Shown piece after piece: positions 1 through 13,305 of a stretch of 64,000 nucleotides of DNA. The translations under genes and the position numbers were made by a program. Numbering within the stretch: position 1 is the first letter of the stretch; each line of letters opens with the position of its first letter. The notes beneath the pieces are model-generated. The model ran no database searches. It had not been told where the DNA came from and saw nothing but the letters and a program-made list of their open reading frames with translations. Source of the DNA: Octopus sinensis (lineage: Eukaryota); contig NC_043003.1 in assembly GCF_006345805.1 (NCBI RefSeq), positions 16,244,001-16,308,000 of the forward strand, written 5' to 3'.

Positions 1-409
1 AAGCTTTTTTAGTTGTTATTCTTTAATCCCAGGTTAAATGTAGTCAAGTACACCTATAATAAAATGCGTTCCAACCGTGCCTATTCTGTCTTCGTGTATA
101 TCAGAAATTACATTGTCAAAGGTAGACACATGAGGCCCCAGGCAAGTGCCCAGAGCGGCCATGCCTTGTAATGGCTCTTGTTTCACCCCAGATTGACCTT
201 GATTGAGCAAACCTATAATAAAAAGCGCCACAGACGTAACAAGCTATTATTTTGTATTTTTATTAATTTATGAAAAGAAACTGCCTTCTAAATGTTATTC
301 CTTTTTTCACAGGTGGTAGGACACAATACTCTTTCAGACGCGCACATACATCATAAATATATGCATACATACACACACACACACGTGCATACACACATGC
401 TCGTATGCA

Positions 410-660
410 CAAATAGCTGTGTGGATAAGAAGCCCACTTTGCAACAACGTCGTTTCGGGTTTAATCTTGTATCGCGGAACCTTGATTTGACAACTAATGT
501 TAGTTTGTTTCGTGTTAGTTTAGCAGTTCGGCAAACGATGCTGATGGACTAAGTACAAAACTTTAAAAAAAAATTAAGTATTTTTTATACTAGACTCTTC
601 AAGTCGATGCTCCAGCATGAGCGCACTCTTATAACAGAAACAAGTAAAAGATGAAAGAGG
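410..660 (+). mobile_element. Degenerate, internally deleted OK-like tRNA-derived SINE
   Basis: Remnants 'tagctgtgtggataagaagc', 'ttagcagttcggcaaa', 'tgctccagcatga' and 'gaaacaagtaaaaga' match the full copy at 28447-28872. Confidence 0.6.
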
Positions 661-778
661 ATGAATAATTTTGTCATATATTTATCAATTTATGGCCTGA
701 TCAGGGAATTTTTGATGATTAAATCATAATAAATTACACAGGTTTTATATTTTTTGGCAAAAATATTTGAATTTATAC

Positions 779-828
<50 letters not shown>

Positions 829-910
829 GGGAATATAATTCTAAAACCCACAGGGAAAAATTCAATTTAACAATTTTAAATCAAATTTCACAATATATAT
901 ATATATGTAT

Positions 911-1146
911 ATAATTTAGAGAAAAACCTCTATTAAGCAATTCAATAAAGAGAGATGTTATTTACAACATATAGAAAACATATACTATAAAAACCTTAAT
1001 CTAAAAATCAATAAAGTACAATATTTACTATTTATTGTACTTTAATGATTTAAAATAAGATTTTTTTGATAGTATATGTTTTCTATATGGTGTGAATAAC
1101 ATCTTTCTTTATTGAATTATTTAATAGAGGTTTTTCTCTAAATCAT
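911..1146. repeat. Long imperfect palindrome (about 113-bp arms, about 9-nt loop)
   Basis: ataatttagagaaaaacctctatta...gtacaata is mirrored by tattgtac...taatagaggtttttctctaaatcat. Confidence 0.9.
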
Positions 1147-1148
1147 AT

Positions 1149-1194
<46 letters not shown>

Positions 1195-1203
1195 GTATGT
1201 ATA

Positions 1204-2428
1204 CAGGGTGCGTAAAGTATTTGAGGACATAACTTTTTGGGGTCATTACAGCATTTTTTGCCCACTCTGTATTATCTTTGTTTCAAAAACTAGTAATGAC
1301 AGACCCTCAGCTTACTCAAGAAATGAAGAGGCATGCTGTTATTGTGGTTATAAAGGCTGAGCATAGCGATTTAGAAATATCTCGATTGTTAAAAGTTGCC
1401 AGATCTTTCGTCTACGAAGTCTGTAAGGAGCTAGAGACTGAAAATGCATAAAAAGCGTTCTAAACACTCTGAAATCATCAGAACACCTGTATTTATTCAG
1501 CAAGTTCAACAGACCATTTGTAACAATCCCAGATAGTCAATGAGGTCAATTGCAAAAGATCTCCATGTGTCAAAAGGAAGAGCCAGAAATATTGTCCATG
1601 AAGACATCAGATATAAGTCTTATATAATGAGGAAAGGTCAATTTGTCAGAAAAAGGAAAAAAAAAAATCACTACATCAGTTCTAAAAGGCTCTTAAACAA
1701 ACTGAAAAATCCAGCAGAAGAAGATTTGATTTGGTTTTTCTCAAACGAGAAACACTTCGACCAAGATCAAAAAGTTAACAGAAGAAATGACAGATGGTTA
1801 TGTGCAGACCCTTCTGAAGTTCCAAGTGTTATGCATACAAAATTTCTTGAAACCGTCATGGTTTTAAGGCTTGTCGGCAATGAAGGATATGTAATACTTC
1901 CTTACTTCTTTCCACAAGGCCTTAGAGTTAACTTTGCCGCCTACATTGAGGTCCTGGAAGTAAGTCTTAAGCCCTGAATAGACAGTGTATGCAATGGAAG
2001 GCCATATGTGTTTCAGTAAGACTCTGCACTATCACACATAGCTCTAGTAACACAGGAATGGATGGCTGACAAGTTTCATTATCAGATAATCCCTAACATT
2101 TGGCTTCCTAATTTCCCAGATTTCCATCCAATGTTGAGAGAGAGGTCAATGAACACGTCAATAACACAAAGATTCTCTGAAAGCTGCCATAGTCAAAAAG
2201 CTGCCATGTCCAAAATAAACTAGGGCCACTTAATTCTAGCATGTAAATGATTTAGATCTCATATAGAAGCAGTTGTTGAAGATGAACGTGGCTTTATTGA
2301 ATAATCTTATAGAAAAGAAGGTTTATATTTATCCTCGTAGCAGTTTTTGATAAATAAAGTTAATATCTGTTATTATATATATGTTATTAATAAATATAAA
2401 TCTGTCCTAAAATATCTTACGCACCCTG
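1204..2428 (+). mobile_element. Full-length but defective Tc1/mariner-superfamily DNA transposon (maT/DD37D-like)
   Basis: TIRs CAGGGTGCGTAA.../...TTACGCACCCTG, both flanked by TA; internal transposase remnants. Confidence 0.9.
1296..2304 (+). pseudogene. Transposase pseudogene (frameshifts and stops)
   Basis: MTDPQLTQEMKRHAVIV...; FFSNEKHFDQDQKVNRRNDRW; YVFQ*DSALSH; WLPNFPD; ends EAVVEDERGFIE*. Confidence 0.88.
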
Positions 2429-2443
2429 TATGTCTGTATATAT

Positions 2444-2477
<34 letters not shown>

Positions 2478-2570
2478 TATACACAGGCATACAGGGTAAG
2501 ATATTTTAGGACAGATTTATATTTATTAATAACTTAAATATAATAACAGATATTAACTTTATATAGATAG

Positions 2571-2603
<33 letters not shown>

Positions 2604-2616
2604 ATATATATATATA

Positions 2617-2926
2617 TCACGTGATCACGTGACCGACCAGGCTATCAGATTTGCTACACGTCGCTGGTCACAATGCGCTTCGCATTGTTATAGCCTTCAA
2701 ATGACGCCACCCCGCTGGCTAAGCGAGCTGGCTGATAGAAGAAAGAGTGAGAAGAAAGTTGCGGCGAGTGAGTACATCAGGGACCGCCACCACCCCCTGC
2801 CGGAGCATCGTGGAGTTTTAAATGTTTTCGCTCAATAAACACACACAACACCCGCTCTGGGAATCGAAACCGCGATCCTCCGACCGTGAGTCCGCTGCCC
2901 TAACCACTGGGCCATTGCGCCTCCAC
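2617..2926 (-). mobile_element. tRNA-derived SINE, short OR2-like type
   Basis: Head gtggaggcgcaatggcccagtggttagggcagc with A/B boxes; tail ...ggtcacgtgatcacgtga(TA)n; near-identical to 30814-31119. Confidence 0.88.
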
Positions 2927-2944
2927 ATATACATACATACATAT

Positions 2945-2989
<45 letters not shown>

Positions 2990-3005
2990 ATAATATATAT
3001 ATTCG

Positions 3006-3065
<60 letters not shown>

Positions 3066-3107
3066 AATCTATATGTGTGTGTGTGTATGTGAATATGATA
3101 TGTATAT

Positions 3108-3185
<78 letters not shown>

Positions 3186-3713
3186 TATATGTTGTGTGTT
3201 GTGTGTGAAATATACATATATGTATATATGTGTGTGTATGTGTATGTTTGTTAATATGTAAAATATACATTTTAAATGTATTTTCTGATCATACACAGAA
3301 AACTGAAAAACAAAGACTTCACGTATAGTGGGGCGGGGGGGGGGTGAAGGGGATTTTTATTCTGTTGAACAAAAGATGCTTCTCAACAATTGTTAGCACA
3401 TATTGGCTGTTCGATCTTAATTCATCCATCACTAAACAGAACGAGCTTAGAGGTGTTTCTGCCTTATGGTCTGATTTGACTTTGAACTGGTTTTATTATC
3501 GATTGGAATCCGTTGCTCACATAAACGTGAGCGCATTAAAAGACATGTTTGTGTGTGCATATATTTTCATATAAGTATATATATGTCTGTGTGTATGTGT
3601 GCATACATACATACAATCATACATACATACATACATACATACATACATACATACATACATACACACACATACATACATATATATATGTCATTAAAATTAA
3701 CACACTGTTATAT

Positions 3714-3756
<43 letters not shown>

Positions 3757-3960
3757 CACACACACATATATTTAAAGGCTGTCTGCCAGTCTTTTTATGT
3801 ATGTATATATCTATCTATCTGTACATATACTTATATATGTACTCATGCGCAAATATATACATGTACACACACACGTACGCACACACACACGCACACACAC
3901 ACACACACACACCACACACACACCACACACACAGAGTCGGTACGCACACGTAGCTACACG
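2927..3960. repeat. Compound microsatellite fields (TA, TACA, TCTA, CA)
   Basis: Directly visible simple repeats; these explain the YIYI/THTH ORFs. Confidence 0.9.
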
Positions 3961-4249
3961 CATAGGTACACCATGATCTATACATTCGCAGACGAGAATC
4001 AATTGATATAAAAAGAAAGTGTAAAAATGAAATACTTATAGAAAATATTGCATAGAATTTGAGAAGTGTTTTCAACGTCTTTCAATGATGGCAGGTGAAC
4101 GATAAAAATAATATGATCATTAGCTTATAGAGAAATTTGTAAATTCGATTTAAAAAATATTTTTCTTGTTTATGTATCACCATTATCGGTATTTATGCTC
4201 CGGTGAAATTAAGAGAGCAACTCGTAAATAAATGAAATCCTCAAATCCC

Positions 4250-4505
4250 ATGTTGGGGCACCGCATTGAAAGGCTTCAGGACTTGCACTTTAAGCCTAGT
4301 ACTTATTTTATTGATCTCTTTTACCAAACCGCTAAGTTACACATATAAGACAGGCTTCTGCTCATTTTCCTTCCCCAATATCACTTCACAAAAGATTGGT
4401 CGGACCAGAGCTATACAACGGAACATGTACGTTATGCGCTACGCAGACGAGAATGAACCTAGGACTCCGTGATTGTAAACCAGACTTCCTAATTACACAA
4501 CCAGC
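4250..4505 (-). mobile_element. Degenerate OK-like SINE
   Basis: 'aagcctagtacttatt', 'accgctaagttac' and 'ggtcggaccagagctata' are reverse-strand OK motifs. Confidence 0.55.
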
Positions 4506-4925
4506 TTGATCAAAATAACCAAGAAGATAAAAACGTTGAAATGCATGAAGTATTATTCGAACCAAGGAAGCGTTCTACAATACACTTAATATCCCAGAAA
4601 GACCACAGTCATAACTCCATCAAATCACATCATAGCTTTTTTTAAAAAAATAAGCACCTGTCAAGGACTACATTTGATCATTTGGTACTTATGCTATAAC
4701 TGAAAAATAAAGGAAGAAAACGAAAAGAAAGGCAGGTGGTAATGGCTGCAATGCCTTTGATTACACGTCTACTTAATCAGCGCTGACTTAGAGCTAAATA
4801 AGAAGTTAATGTTTTGCTTTTGTTGTTCTGGAACGCTTTTCCTTTTGCTACAGATTAAATAATTTAAAGCTGGCTTTCTGGCTACACAAATAATCATGAT
4901 ATATGAAGAAGGTAAGAAAATTATT

Positions 4926-5917
4926 CTTTTCTACTCTAGGCACAAAGATGGAAATTTTGTGGGAGAGGGTAGTCGATTAGATCGACCCCAATACGCAATT
5001 GGTACTTAATCTTTCGACTCCGAAAGGATGAAAAGCAAAGTTGATCTCGACGGCATTTGAACTCACAACATAAAGACAGACGAAATATCACTAAGCATTT
5101 CGCCCGGTGTGCTAACGTTTCTTTTCTACTCTAGGCACAAGGCCTGAAATTTTGGGGGAAGGTGGGGGTCGATTAGATCGACCCAATATGCAACTGGTAC
5201 TTAATTTATCGACTCTGAAAGGATGAAGGGCAAAGTCGCCCTCGGCGGAATTTGAACTCAGAACGTAAAGACAGACGAAATACTGCTAAGCATTTCCCCC
5301 GGCCTGCTAACGTTTCTTATTTCTTTATTGCCCACAAGGGGCTAAACACAGAGAGGACAAACAAGGACAGACAAAGGGATTAAGTCGATTACATCGATCC
5401 TGGTGCGTACCTGGTACTTAACTTATCGACCCCGAAAGAATAAAAGGCAAAGTCGACCTCGGCGGAATTTGAACTCAGAACGTAGCGGCAGACGAAATAC
5501 CTATTTCTTTACTGCCCACAAGGGGATAAACACAGAGAGGAAAAACAAGGACAGACAAAGGGATTAAGCCGATTACATCGACCCCAGTGCGTAACTGGTA
5601 CTTTATTTATCGACCCCGAAAGGATGAAAGGCAAAGTCGATCTCGGCTGAATTTGAACTCAGAACGTAACGGCAGACGAAATACCTATTTCTTTACTACC
5701 CACAAGGGGCTAAACACAGAGAGGACAAACAAGGACAGATAAAGGGATCAAGTCGATTACATCGACCCCAGTGCGTAACTGTACTTATTTAATCGACTCC
5801 GAAAAGATGAAAGGCAAAGTCGACCTCGGCGCAATTTGAACTCAGAACGTAACGGCAGACGAAATACCGCTACGCATTTCGCCCGGCGTGCTAACGGTTT
5901 TGCCAGCTCGCTGCCTT
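4926..5917 (-). mobile_element. Pentameric array of tRNA-derived SINE family B
   Basis: Five units of about 185-230 bp, each with B-box gagttcaaat and core gcctttcatcctttcggggtcgat; head aaggcagcgagctggc at the right end; 17-bp TSD aaggtaag(a/t)aaattatt at 4909-4925 and 5918-5934. Confidence 0.9.
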
Positions 5918-6467
5918 AAGGTAAGTAAATTATTGTAAAGAATGAAGCAGATTGATGTATACTTTTGAGAAGCTAATATACTTTAGAATAGGGATGATAG
6001 AAAAAAATAACGAGTTAAGTAATGGAACGGTATCACTAAATTCTATAATGCAATGTTTATTGATTTAGGAAAATATTAGATTTTGGGGAAATGCTATAAA
6101 AATACTGATTTTAATATGAAACATGTAGAACCCAGAGAGCAATCGCGAAAAAAAGTAAAAGGCATGACTGATTTTGCTTATTGGGACTGCCATAAAACAT
6201 CGAATTTCTGTTCTTTCCAGCGTCACCGTGGGCGCTACGTTATTTGCACAACGTGGGGAATATACTAGCAGCTTTGCCTAAGCGACTTTAATATTAAATT
6301 CAGAATTCCTTCAAGGCTCTGGTTACGTACCATATGCCTCCTACACAATTCAGGCTTACAACACATATATTGACTGTAACGCAATTTCTTTTCCTCAATT
6401 GGCCCTGCTCTGTTTAATATTATTCCGGAACAAATCAAAGAAGTAAAAGTAATATTTATTTATGCGT

Positions 6468-6560
6468 GTGAGAAAGTTGGGGCGAAAGAGTACAACAGGG
6501 GTCGCCACCTCCCACCCCCTGCCGAAACCTCGTGGAGCTTTAGGTGTCTTCGCTCAATAA
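6468..6560 (-). mobile_element. Internal fragment of an OR-type SINE
   Basis: aaagagtacaacagggg...cctcgtggagctttaggtgt..cgctcaataaa matches the OR core. Confidence 0.7.
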
Positions 6561-6647
6561 AATAAAATATAAAAAAATAAGTACTGGGGTTGATACATTC
6601 ATCTAAAAATTATTCAAGGCGGTACTCCAGCATGGTAAGTAATAGAT

Positions 6648-7040
6648 GTGGAGGCGCAATGGCCCAGTGGTTAGGGCAGCAGACTCGCGGTCATAGGATC
6701 GCGGTTTCGATTCCCAGACCGGGTGTTGTGAGTGTTTATTGAGCGAAAACACCTAAAGCTCCACGAGGCTCCAGCAGGGATGGTAGTGATCTCTGCTGTA
6801 CTCTTTCACCACAACTTTCTCTCACTCTTACTTCCTGCTTCTGTTGTACCTGTATTTCAAAGGGCCGGCCTTGTCACTCTCTGTGTCACGCTGAATATCC
6901 CCGAGAACTACGTTAAGGGTACACGTGTCTGTGGAGTGCTCAGCCACTTACACGTTAATTTCATGAGCAGGCTGTTCCGTTGATTCGGATCAACCGGAAC
7001 CCTCATCGTCGTAACCGACGGAGTGCCTCCATTCCATTCC
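6648..7040 (+). mobile_element. tRNA-derived SINE, long OR1-like type, full length
   Basis: A box tggcccagtgg, B box ggtttcgattccc, (ttcca)n tail, 11-bp TSD aagtaatagat (6637-6647 and 7041-7051). Confidence 0.92.
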
Positions 7041-7541
7041 AAGTAATAGATAAAAGATATACAATAAAACGAAAATTTCACAATGAAATTGTTGTGTGGA
7101 CACCTCCAGACGACGAAGTAGGCTAGCCCAATACGTAGATATAGAGGGAGAAGTCTAGACGACGAAGAGTAGTTGAGTAAAGGATAGACTAGAACAGAGT
7201 AGTAGTGGCATCCGAACGTGCGACATAATAGAAATATATAACTAAAACCCTTTGAAGTAATGTATTTATTTTAGTATATCTTTAACAGCAAAATGTCCAT
7301 ATTTCAGTTATGATGATATATCTGGCCTGTAATTAATAGAAACGGATTCATATGTAGTTATAATAACTGCAACTTTAAAAGAAATGTAAATGAATTAGGA
7401 TATAGGTTATACAGTGTGGGAGTATTTAAATAAGGAAAACATTAAAGATAAGAGGTGAAAGCGAAGAAAAGAAAAAAATGTGGTGAAACGATTTCTACAA
7501 AAGTTGTGCAGAAACGACCAAAGCGTCACATTTTACTCTCT

Positions 7542-8360
<819 letters not shown>

Positions 8361-8846
8361 CTTCACCCTTACTCTCTATCTAATATATCATTGATTTTTT
8401 TTTCAAAGATAACCTGCACTTTACCCGAACAAAACATCAAGGAGGAACAGAAAAATAAAAACAGTGATAGAAAGAAAGACGGTAAAAGAAAATCAAAGTG
8501 ACAGATAGAGAAAGAGAGAAAAGGAAAGGGTGGGGGAAAAACAAGAAACGAAACTGTAAGATGGACATTCCACAGAGAATTAGACTTGATGAATAATTGA
8601 CTTACAGATATAGTGAACTTGAATAACACTGACCAGGTGTTAGATGTGAAAAGAGAGGCTTTGAAATATATAATAATATATATATTGTATTAGAAAGTAT
8701 TGATGATAATGTCGGAAAGTTACTGACAACGTCGTGCCTGAGCGATTGAAGGTCGACATTAGCGCTAATGTGAGACTTTTGTGGGACATTTACTTGTTTT
8801 TTGAATGGACAATGAATCTCACATTAAATGACTTGTGTGTGATTGT

Positions 8847-8882
<36 letters not shown>

Positions 8883-9039
8883 TGTGTGTGTGTGAATTGT
8901 GTGTGTGTGTGAGTGTGTGTGTGTATGTAGACATTTATATGTAAAAGAACTATATTTGTATTATGCATGCACCAAAATAAAGGTTCATAGTGAAACAACT
9001 GTCGCAACATTTCAAATCCATTCGCTTGTTTGTTTATTG

Positions 9040-9081
<42 letters not shown>

Positions 9082-9113
9082 GTATACATACATAAACACA
9101 CACATATATATGC

Positions 9114-9149
<36 letters not shown>

Positions 9150-9411
9150 CAAATATTATTATTACAAACTTGGAATTTTACCAATAGGACCACAACTTCA
9201 ATTTCAGGACAACCTTATTTTCTGGAGTGCAAATAAAAAATTATATCCAAAATACTAATCTAATAATATAATCATTTTAACGCCTACTATAACATACAAT
9301 AAGAATAAAGTACATTAGAATTAATTATAAATTATTTAAATATATTTTTTAAAAGATATATATTACCTTACCTGTTATTAGTCTGTGGGGAAAGAAGATA
9401 ATATTAATCAA

Positions 9412-9454
9412 CGCTACACGTGTTTCAGCACTGATGGTTTATTTTACCAGGCTA
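9412..9454 (-). ncRNA. Degenerate minimal type-I hammerhead ribozyme remnant
   Basis: Minus strand gc-CTGGTAA-...-GAAAC-acgt-GTA-gc; palindromic stem III; core and stem II mutated. Confidence 0.45.
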
Positions 9455-9503
9455 TACCTAATACATAAATCTACCAGTGCACCCTCATTCTATTTTCCTA
9501 TTA

Positions 9504-9553
<50 letters not shown>

Positions 9554-9939
9554 AGATCCAACTTAATCCTACAAATTCTAAGATATCTTCATTGAAAATA
9601 AGAATAAAAATATATATATATATAACTTCCTAATATATTTTTTTACAAAATTTAAAAGATTTTAAAAATAAGAAAATTATAACATTTTAAAAAATTCATA
9701 AAAATTTAATAAAATTAAATTAAACACCTAAAAATACAATAGCGATATATATATATATATATATATATAAAGTGCTAAACATAAAGAAACCCTCATCGAC
9801 TATTTTATAAACACGTCAAATTAAACCGCCTATCTATATAAACTTTACGGGAATTAATAATTTATTGGGAAATTTACCCCTATCGATACTAGTATGTATT
9901 ACCATTATTATGACAAACGTAAGTTAATAATATTTAAAC

Positions 9940-10205
9940 AGACTTTTGTGGGATTTTTCTGAGACATTTATGTTTTTTGAATGAACAATGAATCTCACAT
10001 CAAATAACCGTGGTGGACATATGGTTTGTTGTAGATGCTTTCAAAAGGGGTCTGTATTTTGTAATAAAGAGAGTCTCTTTACGAATTCGCTGGCTACAGG
10101 ATGTATCGTCCCTGAATTGATAGAGGGGAGAAATTCTGAGGCTTGGATTTTTGTTATTGGCGCAAATGTCGATGTGTTGGCTGAATGCTACTTTTCTGTT
10201 TTGGG
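9940..10205 (-). mobile_element. Penelope-like element fragment (GIY-YIG C-terminus plus 3' flank)
   Basis: Minus translation PQNRKVAFSQHIDICANNKNPSLRISPLYQFRDDTSCSQRIRKETLFITKYRPLL is homologous to 12945-13115 (PEYRQIPLSDHIDSCAKDKIPN..IFPFYQCKD). Confidence 0.8.
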
Positions 10206-10219
10206 GATATATATATATC

Positions 10220-10251
<32 letters not shown>

Positions 10252-10292
10252 ATTATATATATATTATATATATATATATATATATAATATAT

Positions 10293-10357
<65 letters not shown>

Positions 10358-10584
10358 TATATGATATATATATATAATTATATATATATATATAATATAT
10401 AATATTGTATATATGTGTGTGTGTGTGTGTGGGAATGTATATATGTATGTATTTGTATGTGTGTGTATGTGTGTGCGTGTGTGTATATATTTAGATGTAT
10501 ATATTATATATATCATAGACATACTATATATATATGATACATATATGTATCATATATATCTTGTATATATTATACATATTATTA

Positions 10585-10677
10585 TTATACAAGAATGTTG
10601 TTGATAGTGACTTCGAATTTCTGGCAGCTAGCCCATCGTCGGATTTCGAAATCACTGTCAACAACATTCTTGTATAA
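10585..10677. repeat. Inverted repeat (about 40-bp arms)
   Basis: ttatacaagaatgttgttgatagtgacttcgaa ... ttcgaaatcactgtcaacaacattcttgtataa. Confidence 0.9.
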
Positions 10678-10799
10678 CAATAATAAATTTGTATTTTACA
10701 GAAGTATATAGTAACCCATCAGATTAATGTAAAATTGTTTTTATGATACCGAGCATAAAAGATAACATTAAAATTATATATAATATTTATAATATAATA

Positions 10800-11690
10800 C
10801 AGAGTGTTCAAAAGTCTCTCCGCAGTGAAACGGAAATCAGCCTAGGAAGTGTTCACACGGCAGCTAAATAACAATTAAATAACTTTCCTTACAAAGTGCT
10901 GGCCATTCAAGAATTGAAGACTAGGGATCATGCTAAAAGGCTTCATTATTGTCATTGGTTCCAAAACTTTGTTGCCGAAAAAAGCATAGAAGTGCTGGAT
11001 GGGTGTTTTGACACATTTTAGGTTTGGTTTCGTCTGTCGGGACACATAAATTCGAAAAAACACAAGGTTATGGAGCACTGAGAATCCATACACGACGCAT
11101 GAGCAACCTCTGCATCCCGTACGTTGCAGTATGGATAGTAATTTCGAAAAAGCGTATTGTGGGACCGTTATGTTTTGAAGACACCATCAACACCGAGGGA
11201 TATTGCTCAAATATTGTCTCTCCATTTTGTAGGCCAACTCACTGAAAGTGAAAGTAATAATGCATACCTTCAGCAAGATGGAGCTACGGAACATACTTCG
11301 CACATCACCATGGCACTGCTTCAAGAGTTTTTCGGTGAACATATTATTTCGAAGGGACTTTGGTCACCAAGATCACATGATTGTAACTCCGCCAGACATT
11401 TTTTCTGGGGAGCAAGTGAAGGATCAGTATACAAGAATCGCCCGAAAACCATTAATGAGCTAAAAGACGCCATGATAACATTCACACGGTCCATACCGCG
11501 TCAGACTCTCCAAGATGTATGTCAAAACATGTCTAGAAGAGTCAACTTATGTACTGAAAAATGAAGGCCGACACTTTCTACTTCTTATAAAGTTTTTTAA
11601 AGTCTTGTAAGTCTATCTATGCTTTTGCAGTCTTATACCATCTTATAAATATTTATCTTGCAATAAAATACTTACTGCGAGAAGATAATA
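10800..11690 (+). mobile_element. Defective, internally deleted Tc1/mariner-superfamily element (rosa/DDxD-like transposase)
   Basis: Starts TA-CAGAGTGTTC; remnants VWIVISKKRIVGPLCFEDTIN, YLQQDGATEHT, LWSPRSHD, FFWG..GSVYKNRPKTINELK; weak right TIR near 11673-11690. Confidence 0.85.
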
Positions 11691-11713
11691 CATATACATA
11701 CATCAGACATACA

Positions 11714-11749
<36 letters not shown>

Positions 11750-11805
11750 TATATAGATATATATATAATAGATATATATAGATATATATATATTATATTT
11801 GATTT

Positions 11806-13115
11806 CTGGCTAGAAAAACACCCAGAGACATTCCCTGACCGCATTCACCAAGACCTTTATTACGGAATCTCTCAAGTTCATTCTGACAATAATTATTTCC
11901 TCTTCGACAACACACACTACCGTCAAAAATGTGTATTGCGATGGGTACCAAGGCTGCACCAGTCTTTGCGAACCTCATAATGGGTTTCTTCGAACTATCA
12001 CTCTATGAGATATCACGCCAGAAATTTGGACATGTTTTCCACCCTACCTAATGGAAAACTGGAAAAGGTATTTGGATGATTGTTTCATCATATGGAAAGA
12101 ATCTTGTGAAAAACTTCTGGAATTCAAAACCATACTGAATAACATACATCCCAACATCCAATCACTATGGAATTAAGCAAACATCATCTCCCTTTCCTTG
12201 ATTTCCTAATTATAAAAACACCTAAGAACCAAATCATAACAGACATCTACCACAAACCTACAGACTCACACAATACCTCCTCTTTTAGTTCATGCCACCC
12301 AAAACCACCAAGACAAATATCCATTTCAACTTAGCTAAAAGGGTATACACCATTGTCCTCGGATCCAAAAAACTCGAGAATACGCCTTCAAGACCTAAAA
12401 AAAAACACTATTACAACGCCATATCCCTCCACCCTTATAGAGTATGGAATAAAACGCGCGCCAAAGAGTAGACAACATTACACTGAAAATCACCCAACCC
12501 AGCAACACACACAACCCCAAAATACTCCATACATTTCCACCCACTACCCCCAAAAATCGAAGCATACACCACAATCATACAAAACATCAGTCTACTGTCA
12601 ACAGACCCAAAATGAAAAACATAAACACCCCACAAAATCCTCAAATGTAAAAGGCAACACAATTTAAAAAAAACTCTTGACAAATACCAAACTTCACACA
12701 CCACATCCACCCCAGCAGTTTAAAAAATGTGCACGCCAAACTGTGGTACCTGCCCCCTTCCTACTTGAAGGCTCTGAATTTATCTTCAAACAAGGAACGA
12801 AGTTTAAAATCAAGACCAACTTCTCCTGTTCCTCCGAGAACCTTATCTACGTTCTCACATGCGCCGGTTGCCAACATAATTATGTTGACAAACGAGCCTC
12901 CCGTTACGTAAAAGATTAGCGTGTATAAAGAACAAATAAATCTCCCGGAATACCGGCAAATCCCCTCTGAGTGACCACATAGACTCATGCGCTAAAGACA
13001 AAATCCCAAATTCTACATATTCCCCTTCTACCAATGTAAAGACGGAATCAACACACAGGAGAGAATTAACAGGAGAATCTCTTATAGAAAAATTCAAAAC
13101 GCATCTTAATATGCA
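11806..13115 (+). pseudogene. Penelope-like RT plus GIY-YIG endonuclease pseudogene
   Basis: IAMGTKAAPVFANLIMG; WKRYLDDCFIIW; LPFLDFLI; TDIYHKPTDS; Cys-rich linker KC..PNCGTCP; FSCSSENLIYVLTCAGCQHNYV; many frameshifts. Confidence 0.92.
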
Positions 13116-13255
13116 AAACTCCTCGTTGATCATACTTCTTTTTCTACCACATCTTCATGGATAGGCTAACACAAATATATAGGGATACCATGCAGTCATC
13201 ACTTCAAGCTAAAACTTAGTTCTTTAAATATCATGGTATTATTGTTATTATATTA

Positions 13256-13305
<50 letters not shown>

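Noticed and set aside
4926-5917. CRISPR-like array
   Set aside because: Units are about 190-bp SINE copies with no unique spacers and no cas genes, in eukaryotic DNA
6648-6722. tRNA gene
   Set aside because: SINE head with A/B boxes that continues into a SINE body with a TSD; no proper acceptor stem
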